64,000 nucleotides of DNA, from NCBI GenBank assembly GCA_963833235.1, contig CAWHXG010000004.1, positions 90,230-154,229 of the forward strand. The letters run 5' to 3'. Each line of letters opens with the position of its first letter. Within the stretch, counting starts at the first letter, position 1. Of the stretch, positions 40,147-49,652 are shown piece by piece. The notes beneath the pieces are model-generated. The model saw nothing but the letters and a program-made list of their open reading frames with translations, had not been told where the DNA came from and ran no database searches. This stretch comes from an uncultured Alphaproteobacteria bacterium (GTDB lineage Bacteria > Pseudomonadota > Alphaproteobacteria > Rhodobacterales > Rhodobacteraceae). Position numbers and translations under genes: made by a program.

Positions 40147-41826
40147 ATGGCACTCGACAGAACCACCGGCGGCGGCCCGAAGCGGCGGCGGCGCACCACG
40201 CCCAAGGGTCGGCAGATCGACGATGCCGCGCTGGCCGAGGTGCAGGAGTTGCTCGGCGACCGGCCCCGCCGCCGCGACCTGTTGATCGAGCATCTGCACC
40301 TGATCCAGGATGCCCATGGCCATCTGTCCGCCGCCCATCTGCGGGCCCTGGCCGAAGAGATGCGGCTGGGCATGGCGGAGGTCTACGAGGTCGCCAGCTT
40401 CTACGCCCATTTCGACATCGTTAAGGAAGGCGAGGCACCGCCGCCGCCCGTGACCCTGCGGGTCTGCGACAGCTTGACTTGCCAGCTTGCGGGGGCCGAG
40501 GCTTTGACGCGGGCGCTGCTTGAGGGCACCGATCCGACGCAGGTGCGCGTGCTGCGCGCGCCCTGCATGGGCCGGTGCGACGTGGCGCCGACCGTCGAGA
40601 TGGGTCACCGTCATATCGACAGGGCCACGCCCGAGGCGACGCGGGCGGCCGTCGCTGCGGGCGATGCGCACCCCGAGATGCCGGATTACGAGGCGCTCGC
40701 TGCCTACCGCACAGGCGGAGGCTACGCGACCCTTCAAGCCCTGCGCGATGGCGGCGACCCCGAGGCCGTGCAGGCCGATCTGCTCGCCTCGGGCCTGCGG
40801 GGCCTCGGCGGAGCAGGCTTTCCGGCGGGCCGCAAATGGTCGTTCGTGCGGGCCGCGCCAGGCCCCCGCTACCTCGCCGTGAATGGCGACGAGGGTGAGC
40901 CCGGCACCTTCAAGGACCGATGGTATCTGGAACGGCAGCCGCACCTCTTCCTCGAAGGCATGCTGATCGCCGCATGGGCCGTCGCCGCGGACCGGATCTA
41001 CCTCTACATGCGCGACGAGTACCCTGCGGTTCTGGCGCTGCTGCGCACCGAGATCGCGGCGCTGGAAACCGCAGGCCTCGCCCCGCCCGGCTTCATCGAG
41101 CTGCGGCGCGGCGCCGGCGCCTATATCTGCGGCGAGGAAAGCGCCATGATCGAATCGATCGAGGGAAAGCGCGGGCTGCCCCGCCACCGCCCGCCCTATG
41201 TGGCTGAGGCCGGCATCTTCGGCCGCCCGACGCTCGTGCACAACGTCGAGACGCTGATCTGGGTGGCGCGGGTCTGCCGCGAGGGGCCGCAGGTGCTCTC
41301 CGGCGTCACGTTGAACGGGCGCACGGGCCTGCGGAACTATTCCGTCTCCGGCCGGGTGGCGCGGCCGGGGGTGTACCTGCTGCCCGCCGGCTCCACGATC
41401 CGCGACGTGATCGCGGCGGCCGGCGGCATGGCGGACGGTGAGACGCTCAAGGCCTATCAGCCCGGCGGGCCGTCGTCCGGGCTGCTGCCCGCCAGCCTCG
41501 ACGACGTGCCGCTGGATTTCGACGTGCTGCAGGCCCATGGCAGCTTCATCGGGTCGGGCGCGGTCGTGGTGCTGGGGCTGGGCGATAGCGCCCGCGACGC
41601 CGCGCTGACCATGCTGCGGTTCTTCGAGCGGGAAAGCTGCGGCCAGTGCACGCCCTGCCGCGCGGGCTGCGAGAAGGCGGTGCAGCTGATGCAGGCGCCG
41701 CACTGGGATCGCCCGCTGCTGGAGGATCTCTGCACGGTGATGGAGGATGCCTCGATCTGCGGGTTGGGGCAGGCGGCGCCGAACCCGATCCGCCTGACGA
41801 TGCGGCATTTCCCCCAAGAGGTCTGA
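40147..41826 (+). CDS. NuoE-like/NuoF-like fusion flavoprotein (NAD(H)-binding, FMN and Fe-S); formate dehydrogenase beta-subunit (FdsB)-like
   Basis: N-terminal thioredoxin-like [2Fe-2S] module (..VCDSLTCQLAG...APCMGRCDVAP..), then NuoF 51-kDa motifs (..GLGGAGFPAGRKW.., ..ESCGQCTPCRAGC..). No FdsA/FdsG partner genes are adjacent. Confidence 0.8.
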   Translation: MALDRTTGGGPKRRRRTTPKGRQIDDAALAEVQELLGDRPRRRDLLIEHLHLIQDAHGHLSAAHLRALAEEMRLGMAEVYEVASFYAHFDIVKEGEAPPPPVTLRVCDSLTCQLAGAEALTRALLEGTDPTQVRVLRAPCMGRCDVAPTVEMGHRHIDRATPEATRAAVAAGDAHPEMPDYEALAAYRTGGGYATLQALRDGGDPEAVQADLLASGLRGLGGAGFPAGRKWSFVRAAPGPRYLAVNGDEGEPGTFKDRWYLERQPHLFLEGMLIAAWAVAADRIYLYMRDEYPAVLALLRTEIAALETAGLAPPGFIELRRGAGAYICGEESAMIESIEGKRGLPRHRPPYVAEAGIFGRPTLVHNVETLIWVARVCREGPQVLSGVTLNGRTGLRNYSVSGRVARPGVYLLPAGSTIRDVIAAAGGMADGETLKAYQPGGPSSGLLPASLDDVPLDFDVLQAHGSFIGSGAVVVLGLGDSARDAALTMLRFFERESCGQCTPCRAGCEKAVQLMQAPHWDRPLLEDLCTVMEDASICGLGQAAPNPIRLTMRHFPQEV

Positions 41827-41902
41827 GGTCGCCGCCCTTCCATCCCGGCGGAGCCGGGGTTAGGTGAAGGGCGTCCCTTCCCCCAAAGGCCCGTGCCCGC
41901 CC

Positions 41903-43096
41903 ATGTCCTTCTTCGGCAAGCTGAAGTCCCGCATGTTCAAGTCCTCCTCGAAGATCGAGGGCGGGCTCGATGCCATCGTGGATGAGGGCGGCGATGCTGA
42001 TGCCGATGCCGGCGGCCCGGACGGCGCGCAGGACGCCCCGCGGCAAGAGGCGGAGGCGTCAGCGCCGGCCAGCCTGGCGCCGCCCCTGCCACCAGCGCCC
42101 GCCGCCGCCCGGCCGAAGCCCGCAGGGCCGGCGCGGCTGCCCGATCCCGCGCCCCGCCCCGCCCCGTCGCCGCTGGACGCCCCCGCGCCGGCGCCGGTCG
42201 TCGCCCCGTCCGGCGGCGGGCTTCTGGGGCGGCTCATGGGCCGCGCCGCTCCGGGCGCCCCCCGCCGGACCATCGACGACGCCATGATCGAGGAGATCGA
42301 GGATCTGCTGATCGCCGCCGACATGGGCGTGCAGACCGCTGCGCGCGTCACCGCCAACATGGCCGCCGGCCGCTTCGGCGACAGGGTGACCTCGGCGGAG
42401 CTTAAGTCCCTCATGGCCCGCGAGGTCGCCGCGATCATGGAGCCGGTCGCCCGCCCGCTGCCGATCTACGCCAAGCGCCCGCAGGTGGTGCTGGTCGTGG
42501 GCGTCAACGGATCGGGCAAGACCACCACCATCGGCAAGCTGGCCAGCCAGTTCCGCGAGGCCGGCAAATCGGTGGTGATCGCGGCCGGCGATACGTTCCG
42601 CGCGGCGGCGGTGGAGCAGCTTCAGGTCTGGGGCGACCGCGCCGGCGTGCCGGTTCTCACCGCGCCGCAGGGCAGCGACCCCGCGAGCCTTGCCTATGAC
42701 GCCATGGGGCGCGCCGAGGCCGACGGCGCCGACCTGCTGCTGATCGACACCGCCGGGCGCCTGCAGAACCGCGCCGACCTGATGGAGGAGCTGGCCAAGA
42801 TCGTGCGGGTCATCCGCAAGCGCGACCCGAGCGCGCCGCACAATACCCTGCTGGTGCTCGACGCCACCACGGGCCAGAACGCGCTCAGCCAGGTCGAGAT
42901 CTTCCAGCGGCTGGCGGACGTGACCGGGCTGGTGATGACCAAGCTCGACGGCACGGCCCGCGGCGGCGTGCTGGTGGCGCTGGCGGACAGATTCGGCCTG
43001 CCGATCCATGCCATCGGCGTGGGCGAGCAGATCGACGATCTGGCCCCCTTCGACCCCGAGGAGTTCGCCGCCGCGCTGACCGGCCTCGATGGCTGA
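41903..43096 (+). CDS. ftsY: Signal recognition particle receptor FtsY
   Basis: MSFFGKLKSRMFKSSSKIEGGLD..(acidic/Ala-Pro-rich A domain)..VVLVVGVNGSGKTTTIGKLA..(NG domain). Confidence 0.95.
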   Translation: MSFFGKLKSRMFKSSSKIEGGLDAIVDEGGDADADAGGPDGAQDAPRQEAEASAPASLAPPLPPAPAAARPKPAGPARLPDPAPRPAPSPLDAPAPAPVVAPSGGGLLGRLMGRAAPGAPRRTIDDAMIEEIEDLLIAADMGVQTAARVTANMAAGRFGDRVTSAELKSLMAREVAAIMEPVARPLPIYAKRPQVVLVVGVNGSGKTTTIGKLASQFREAGKSVVIAAGDTFRAAAVEQLQVWGDRAGVPVLTAPQGSDPASLAYDAMGRAEADGADLLLIDTAGRLQNRADLMEELAKIVRVIRKRDPSAPHNTLLVLDATTGQNALSQVEIFQRLADVTGLVMTKLDGTARGGVLVALADRFGLPIHAIGVGEQIDDLAPFDPEEFAAALTGLDG

Positions 43097-43174
43097 TCCC
43101 TGCCGCGGGGTGGAGGGCGTCGCCCCGCCATCCCGCAGCGACGCCCCTTGGAGCGCCGATCGCGCCACGCCGGA

Positions 43175-44084
43175 ATGAGCCTCGGCGACTGGCTGATCGC
43201 CCTCGACGGAACGCCCGCCGGGCATCGCCTCGCGCTGGCCCTGGCGCTGCAGGCGGCGGTCCTGCACGCGGTCTTCGGGGCGCTGCAGAAGGGCCGCCAC
43301 GATCCTTGGCTGACGCGGGGCGCCATCGATGCCTGCTACGGCGTCCTCGCAGCGCCATTCGCCTTTCTCGTCGTGCCCTGGCCCGAGCCGCACATGTCGC
43401 CGATCTTCGCGGGCGCCTTCACAATCCACCTCGCCTACAAGCTCCTGCAGGCGGCGGCCTATCAGCGGGGCGCCTATCACGGTCGTCTACCCCGTCGTGC
43501 GCGGCACCGGGCCGCTCTTCACCGTCATCGGCGCGATGCTTCTTTTCGGCGAGGTCTTCGCCCCGGTGCAGTGGGCGGGCATCGCGGTTCTGCTCTGCGG
43601 CATCTTCGGCCTGGCCGCCTACAACCTGCGGCACGTGAGCGTCGCGCGCGACACGCTGGTGCCGGCGCTTTGCCTCGCCTTCGCCACAGGTCTCTTCGTG
43701 GCCCTCTACACCACCTACGACGCCTACGGCATCCGCGCCACGGCGGACCCGTTCACCTTCCTGGCGTGGTTTTTCTTTCTCGACGGTCTGGTGATGCCGG
43801 TCCTCGCCTGGCGCCGCCGGGCGCGGATGCCCGATGCGCCCGCCCTCGGGCCGCTGATGCGGCGCGGCCTGATCGGCGCGGTCGTGGCGATCCTGTCCTT
43901 CGGGTCGGTCATGCTGGCCACGCGCCTCGACAAGGTGGGCGAGGTCGCCGTCCTGCGCGAGACCTCCACGGTCTTCGCCGCGCTCATCGGCTGGTTGGTG
44001 CTGCGCGAACCCGTCGGGCCGCGCCGCATGGCCCTGATGGCGCTGATCGCGGCCGGCGCCGTCATCGTCGAGATGGGCGGGTAG
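43175..44084 (+). pseudogene. EamA/DMT-family transporter interrupted by a frameshift near 43478
   Basis: N-terminal half (MSLGDWLIAL...AAYQRGAY) is in frame 43148..; the C-terminal half (TVVYPVVRGTGPLFTVIGAMLLFGEVF...VIVEMGG) is in the 43329..44084 frame. An apparent extra C in ..gcctat[c]acggtcgtc.. causes the shift. Confidence 0.7.
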
Positions 44085-44211
44085 GCGGGGCCCGGTCACT
44101 TGTGGCGAAGCCGGGCTGGCCAAGGGCGCGCCGCCCGTCTAGGTCAAGGTCGAGCTTCGGCCCGGCCCTCCCGCCGACGCCAGACGCCCGTCCGGACCGC
44201 CCGAGGAACCG

Positions 44212-44820
44212 ATGCCCAAGAGCAAGATCAACCCGCTGCTGAAGACCGCCCTGGAACTGGGACCCATCGTCCTGTTCTTCCTGGGCTACCTGCGCCTGCG
44301 AGATCAAAGCTACACGATCCTGGGAACCGAATATTCCGGCTTCATCGTCGTGACGGCGGCGTTCATCCCGATCATGCTGGCCAGCACCGCAGCACTCTGG
44401 GCGCTGACCGGCAAGCTCTCGCGCATGCAGCTGGTCACGGTGGTTCTGGTCGTGGTCTTCGGGGGCCTTTCGATCGCCTTCAACGACGAGCGGTTCTTCA
44501 AGATCAAGCCCACGATCATCTACGCGCTCTTTGCCGGCATTCTCGGCGTGGGGCTTCTGCGCGGCCAGTCCTACCTGCGGCTGGTCATGGCCGAGATCGT
44601 GCCACTGACGCCAGAGGGCTGGATGATCCTCACCCGCCGCGTCGCCTGGTTCTTCGTGCTGCTGATGGTGGCCAACGAGGTTGTCTGGCGCAACATGAGC
44701 ACCGGCACCTGGGTGAATTTCAAGACCTTCGGGCTGCCGCTGCTCACCTTCGCCTTCTTCGCCGCGCAGGGCCGCCTCTTCGCCCGGCACGGGCAGGACG
44801 ACGACGAACCGGCCGCCTGA
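44212..44820 (+). CDS. yciB: Septation protein A / inner-membrane YciB (IspZ) family
   Basis: MPKSKINPLLKTALELGPIVLFFLGYL...: five TM helices, typical length 202 aa. Confidence 0.85.
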   Translation: MPKSKINPLLKTALELGPIVLFFLGYLRLRDQSYTILGTEYSGFIVVTAAFIPIMLASTAALWALTGKLSRMQLVTVVLVVVFGGLSIAFNDERFFKIKPTIIYALFAGILGVGLLRGQSYLRLVMAEIVPLTPEGWMILTRRVAWFFVLLMVANEVVWRNMSTGTWVNFKTFGLPLLTFAFFAAQGRLFARHGQDDDEPAA

Positions 44821-44847
44821 TCGGCTCGCCCTGGCCCGACTGGCGCC

Positions 44848-45553
44848 TCAGCGCTTGGCGAAGAGCACCTTCTGCGCCTCGCGGTCATCCTGCAGGGCCT
44901 TGCGCTTCTCCTCGGCCACGGCCTTGCCCTTCTGCACTGCCGGGCGGCTGCCTACCCTGTCGAGCCAGGCTGCCATGTTCGGCTTGTCGTCCAGGCTCTG
45001 CTGCTGGCCTTCCCAAAGCACCGCCCATGGCCAGATCGCCATGTCGGCGATGCTGAAAAAATCGCCGGCCACGAATTCCCGATCCGCCAGCCGCTTGTCG
45101 AGCACGCCGTAAAGTCGCCCGGTCTCGTTTCGATAGCGTTCCTTGGCGTAGGGCAGGTCGTTGGGCGGGTCCATCGCCGGCGCGTATTTCAGGAAGTGAT
45201 GCGCCTGGCCAGCCATGGGGCCAAGGCCGCCCATCTGCCACATCAGCCATTGGTCCACCTCGATCACGCTCCCGCTCGGTCGGGCCGCCGAACTGACCGG
45301 TCTTGCGGGCGAGATACTGCAGGATCGCGCCGGATTCGAAGATCGAGATCGGCGCGCCGTCGGGCCCCTCGGGGTCTATGATGGCGGGCATCCGGTTGTT
45401 CGGCGCGATCTTCAGGAACGCCGGCTCGAACTGCTCGCCCTTACCTATGTTCACGAGGTGAAGATTGTAGGGCAGCCCCATCTCTTCCAGCGCGATGGTG
45501 ACCTTCCAGCCGTTCGGCGTGGGCCAGTAGTGCAAGTCGATTGGCTGGGTCAT
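44848..45553 (-). pseudogene. Glutathione S-transferase (YfcG/YghU Nu-class-like) interrupted by a frameshift near 45262
   Basis: N-terminal thioredoxin-like domain ([27 protein letters not shown]...[28 protein letters not shown]) is in frame 44885..45796; the C-terminal helical domain ([24 protein letters not shown]...) is in frame 44848..45267. The C-terminal frame begins 1 nt inside an N-terminal-frame codon. Confidence 0.7.
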
Positions 45554-45731
45554 CCCGGGGCTCCTGTCTGGGGTGGCGCCAAGATGCCGGTTTTGCCGCG
45601 TGGGGCAAGGGCGGGCGGCAGCCGGGGCACGCCAGCGTGAGGTGCGGGCCCGGCGCTTGACCGGTCGGGGCCGCTCGTCTACGCCCGCGCGCAAGGGGCC
45701 GGCTGCATCGGCCGCCCGTGCGGGGGGCGCC

Positions 45732-46952
45732 ATGGCCGAGGACTTCACCAGATCGGGGATCGACGCTGGCGCGCGCCGGGCCTTGCGCACCCGCATGGTC
45801 CATGACGGGGCCCGCCGCAGCCAGTACGGCGAACTTTCCGAGGCGATGTTCCTTACCCAGGGCTTCGTCTACGACACGGCCGAGGCCGCGGAGGCGCGGT
45901 TCCTCGGCGCAGGGCCCGACGAATTCATCTACGCCCGCTACGGCAACCCGACCGTGGCGATGTTCGAGGATCGGATGGCCAGCCTCGAAGGGGCGGAGGA
46001 TGCCTTCGCCACGGCCTCCGGCATGGCGGCGGTAAACGGCGCGCTCACCTCGATGCTGAAGGCGGGCGACCACGTCGTCTCCTCCCGGGCGCTCTTCGGC
46101 TCGTGCCTCTACGTGCTGCAGGAGGTGCTGAGCCGCTACGGGGTAGAGGTCACCTTCGTGGACGGCCGCGACATCGACGCGTGGCGCGCGGCGATCCGGC
46201 CGGGCACCGCCGCGGTGTTCCTGGAATCCATCTCGAACCCCACGCTTGAGGTGATCGACATCGCGGACGTGTCGCGGATCGCCCACGATGCCGGCGCGCT
46301 GGTTCTGGTCGACAACGTCTTCGCCACGCCAGTCTTCCAGCGATCGCTCGACCTTGGCGCCGACGTGGTGATCTATTCCGCCACCAAGCATATCGATGGG
46401 CAGGGCCGGGTTCTGGGCGGCGTTGTGCTGGGCACGAAGGACTTCATCCGCGGCACCCTCGAGCCCTACATGAAGCATACCGGCGGCTCGATGAGCCCGT
46501 TCACGGCCTGGGTGCTGCTGAAGGGGCTGGAGACGCTGGATCTTCGGGTCCGGGCGCAGGCGGCCACCGCCGCGGCGCTTGCGGCCGCGCTCGATGGCCA
46601 TCCAGCGCTGGCCCGCGTGCTCTATCCGGGCCTCGCCAGCCACCCCGAGCATGCGGTGGCCGCCAGGCAGATGGAGACCGGCGGCACCATGGTGACCATC
46701 GATATCAAGGGCGGGCGCGACCCGGCCTTCCGAATGCTCAACGCGCTGGAGATCTGCACGATATCGAACAACCTGGGCGACGCCAAAAGCATCGTGACCC
46801 ATCCCGCCAGCACCACCCACCAGCGCCTGCCCGACGACATGAAGGCGACCCTGGGCATCACGCCCGGTCTCGTGCGCATCTCGTGTGGGCTCGAGGACAC
46901 CGACGATCTGATCGCCGACATCCGCCAGGGGCTCCAGGCTGCCCTCGGCTGA
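45732..46952 (+). CDS. metZ: O-succinylhomoserine sulfhydrylase (Cys/Met-metabolism PLP enzyme)
   Basis: [18 protein letters not shown]...YARYGNPT...[21 protein letters not shown].. (PLP-Lys in SATKHIDG). Confidence 0.85.
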   Translation: MAEDFTRSGIDAGARRALRTRMVHDGARRSQYGELSEAMFLTQGFVYDTAEAAEARFLGAGPDEFIYARYGNPTVAMFEDRMASLEGAEDAFATASGMAAVNGALTSMLKAGDHVVSSRALFGSCLYVLQEVLSRYGVEVTFVDGRDIDAWRAAIRPGTAAVFLESISNPTLEVIDIADVSRIAHDAGALVLVDNVFATPVFQRSLDLGADVVIYSATKHIDGQGRVLGGVVLGTKDFIRGTLEPYMKHTGGSMSPFTAWVLLKGLETLDLRVRAQAATAAALAAALDGHPALARVLYPGLASHPEHAVAARQMETGGTMVTIDIKGGRDPAFRMLNALEICTISNNLGDAKSIVTHPASTTHQRLPDDMKATLGITPGLVRISCGLEDTDDLIADIRQGLQAALG

Positions 46953-46965
46953 GTTCGCGCCGGCC

Positions 46966-48012
46966 TCAGTCCCGGCCGGTGATGATGTGGTGGATGTAAC
47001 CCAGCTTCTCGAGCACCGGCAGCGACAGCACGAACGGATAGAGATCCGGTTGGCCCATGGAGCGGTTGATGCTGTTGATCGCGATGGTCAGCGGTACCCA
47101 GTTGCCAAGGATCGCCTCGATCCTGCCGGTCAGATAGGGGTTGAAGTCCAGCGTCGCATCGGGGTCGAGGCCGGGTTGCAGCTCGGGCGCCTGCACCGCC
47201 TCGGGCCGCAGCTTCAGCCCGAAGACGAATGCCGTCTCCAGCGCATCGACGATGTGGATGTAATGCGCCCACGTCTCCGCCCAGTCCTCCCAGGGATGCG
47301 ACGTGGCGTAGGACGAGATGAAGCTGTTCTGCCAGCCGGGCGGCGGCCCCTCGGCGTAATTGCGCGCCAGCGCGGCGGCGTAGTCCTGACGCTCGTCGCC
47401 AAAGAGCGCCCGTGCCGCCTCCAGCCGTCCACCGTCGACGATCAACCTGTCCCAGTAGTAATGCCCCACCTCGTGGCGCATGTGCCCGATCAGCGTGCGG
47501 TAGGGCTCGCCCAGTGCGGTGCGCCGCGCCTCGCGCTCGGCATCGTCGCCTTCTGCGATGTTGAGGGTGATGAGGCCGTTGTCGTGCCCGGTGAGGACCC
47601 GCTTGACCCCGCCTGCCGCGTTCACCGTATCGGCGAGGAAATCGAAGGCCAGCCCGGTCTCGGGCGCCTCGATACGGCTCGGGTGCGGCAGGTTCCACTT
47701 GAGCAGCGAATAGAAGAGATAACGTTTCGCCAGCTCGATCTCTCGCCAGTTCGAGAGGTTCGCTGGCAGGCTGGTATCCGGGATCGTGCGGTTGTGGGTG
47801 CAGGCGACGCAGAGCCGCGAGCCGTCGTCCGAAGTCAGCCAGTTGCAGGCCACCATCTCGCGGTTGCCGCAAGGCGGGGCCCCGCCCGCATCCCCGAGGG
47901 CACGGAAGGCTTCGGAAAAGGGGTCATAGCCGATGGCGGTGCCGCAGGGCACGCAGAGCGTGTTGCCGAAATGAACCTCGCCTTGGCAGGTCGGGCAGGT
48001 AAAGCGTTGCAT
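46966..48012 (-). CDS. Putative zinc-binding metallopeptidase with N-terminal zinc-ribbon
   Basis: MQRFTCPTCQGEVHFGNTLCVPCG (zinc ribbon) and ..GHMRHEVGHYYWD.. (HExxH); convergent with metZ, whose stop lies 13 bp away. Confidence 0.7.
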   Translation of the reverse strand: MQRFTCPTCQGEVHFGNTLCVPCGTAIGYDPFSEAFRALGDAGGAPPCGNREMVACNWLTSDDGSRLCVACTHNRTIPDTSLPANLSNWREIELAKRYLFYSLLKWNLPHPSRIEAPETGLAFDFLADTVNAAGGVKRVLTGHDNGLITLNIAEGDDAEREARRTALGEPYRTLIGHMRHEVGHYYWDRLIVDGGRLEAARALFGDERQDYAAALARNYAEGPPPGWQNSFISSYATSHPWEDWAETWAHYIHIVDALETAFVFGLKLRPEAVQAPELQPGLDPDATLDFNPYLTGRIEAILGNWVPLTIAINSINRSMGQPDLYPFVLSLPVLEKLGYIHHIITGRD

Positions 48013-48200
48013 GGGTCTTCCTGATATTGCGTCCGCCAGTGCAGGTGCGGGCGGGCAACGCCGCTTGCGGCGCGCTGCCCTTGGGCCCGGCGCCGCCCGC
48101 GGCATGATGACCAATCGCCCCCCGGCCCTTGTTGTTCCGGCGCCGCGCTGCGGCCCTGCCGTCGCTTGACAGTTTCGGCGCGCGCCGCCAACCCTCGGCC

Positions 48201-49643
48201 ATGATCGATCTTCGCGTCGTCGGCTATGTCCTTGGCATGCTCATGGCCATCCTCGGTGCGACGATGATGGTGCCGATGGCCGTGGATCTGCTTCTGGGCA
48301 CGGGGCACTGGCCTGCCTTTCTCGAGGCTGCCGCCATCTCGGTGGCCATCGGCGGAGGCATGGCGCTCTCCTGCGCCAATGCCCCCGCGGGATTGTCCCT
48401 CCAGCAGGTGTTCCTTCTCACCACCAGCGTCTGGCTCGTCCTGCCCGTGATCGGCGCGCTGCCCTTCATCTTCGGGGCCACCGAGGCGCGGGTGGTCGAC
48501 GCCTATTTCGAGGCGATGTCGGGGCTGACGACGACCGGGTCCACCGTGTTCACCGGGCTCGACGATCTGCCGGCGGGCCTGCTCCTCTGGCGCGGCATGC
48601 TGCAATGGTTCGGCGGGGTCGGGATCATCGTGGTCGCGATGGTCTTCCTGCCGGCGCTCGGGACAGGGGGGATGAGCCTTTTCAAGTCCGAAGGTTTCGA
48701 CACCGAAGGCAAGATCCTTCCCAAGGCCGGGCAGATCGCCAGCCAGATCTCGGTGATCTACGTCGGCCTCACCATAGCCTGCGGGCTGATCTATCTGGGC
48801 CTCGGCATGGGCGCGCTCGATGCCGTGGTGCATGCCATGACGACCCTGTCCACGGGCGGCTTCGCCAATTACGACAGCTCCTTCGGCGATTTCTCGGCGG
48901 CCACGCACTATGTCTGCGCGGTCTTCATGATCCTGGCGGCGCTTCCCTTCGTGCGCTACATCCAGCTTGTCGCGGGCAGCCCGCGGCGGCTACTGCGGGA
49001 CCCGCAGATCCGCACGTTCATGCAGGTGATCCTGGTGCTCGTGGTGATCCTCACGCTCTGGCAATGGCAGCGCTCCGGCGGCGGCGAGGCGGCGTTCCGC
49101 GAGGTCGTGTTCAACGTCGTCTCGGTCATCACCGGAACGGGATACTCCAGCGCGGACTACATGCTCTGGGGCAGTTTCGCGGTGACGCTGCTGTTCTTCG
49201 TGGGGTTGATCGGGGGCTGCGCGGGGTCGACCTCGTGCTCGATCAAGATCTTCCGCTACCAGCTGCTCTTCGCCGCACTGAAGACCCAGATCCGCCGCAT
49301 CCATTCGCCCAACGGCCTTTTCATCACCCGCTACGCCGGGCGGCCGGTGGAGGATGCGATCATGTCGTCGGTGATGTCGTTCTTCGTGCTCTTCATCCTC
49401 ACCCTCGGCGTGCTGGCGGTGCTCCTGGGGATGACGGGCCTCGACATGATCACCTCGATCAGCGGCGCGGCCACGGCAATCGCGAATATCGGCCCGGGCC
49501 TCGGCGACAGGATCGGGCCGGCCGGGAACTTTCAGGATCTCAACGACACCGCGAAATGGCTGCTGTCGTTCGGGATGCTCGCCGGGCGGCTAGAGCTGAT
49601 GGCCGTCTTCGCGATCCTCACGCCGCAATTCTGGCGGCTCTGA
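48201..49643 (+). CDS. trkH: TrkH-family potassium uptake protein
   Basis: MIDLRVVGYVLGMLMAIL...; repeated M1-P-M2 units with ..TTTGSTV.., ..LSTGGFAN.. selectivity-filter-like glycines. Confidence 0.9.
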   Translation: MIDLRVVGYVLGMLMAILGATMMVPMAVDLLLGTGHWPAFLEAAAISVAIGGGMALSCANAPAGLSLQQVFLLTTSVWLVLPVIGALPFIFGATEARVVDAYFEAMSGLTTTGSTVFTGLDDLPAGLLLWRGMLQWFGGVGIIVVAMVFLPALGTGGMSLFKSEGFDTEGKILPKAGQIASQISVIYVGLTIACGLIYLGLGMGALDAVVHAMTTLSTGGFANYDSSFGDFSAATHYVCAVFMILAALPFVRYIQLVAGSPRRLLRDPQIRTFMQVILVLVVILTLWQWQRSGGGEAAFREVVFNVVSVITGTGYSSADYMLWGSFAVTLLFFVGLIGGCAGSTSCSIKIFRYQLLFAALKTQIRRIHSPNGLFITRYAGRPVEDAIMSSVMSFFVLFILTLGVLAVLLGMTGLDMITSISGAATAIANIGPGLGDRIGPAGNFQDLNDTAKWLLSFGMLAGRLELMAVFAILTPQFWRL

Positions 49644-49652
49644 GCCCGGCGG

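Noticed and set aside
40039-41817. 592-aa -strand ORF
   Set aside because: Antisense to the NuoE/NuoF-fusion gene
42059-43480. 473-aa -strand ORF
   Set aside because: Antisense to ftsY
44062-44790. 242-aa -strand ORF
   Set aside because: Antisense to yciB; acidic/Gly-rich artefact
45441-46820. 459-aa -strand ORF
   Set aside because: Antisense to metZ
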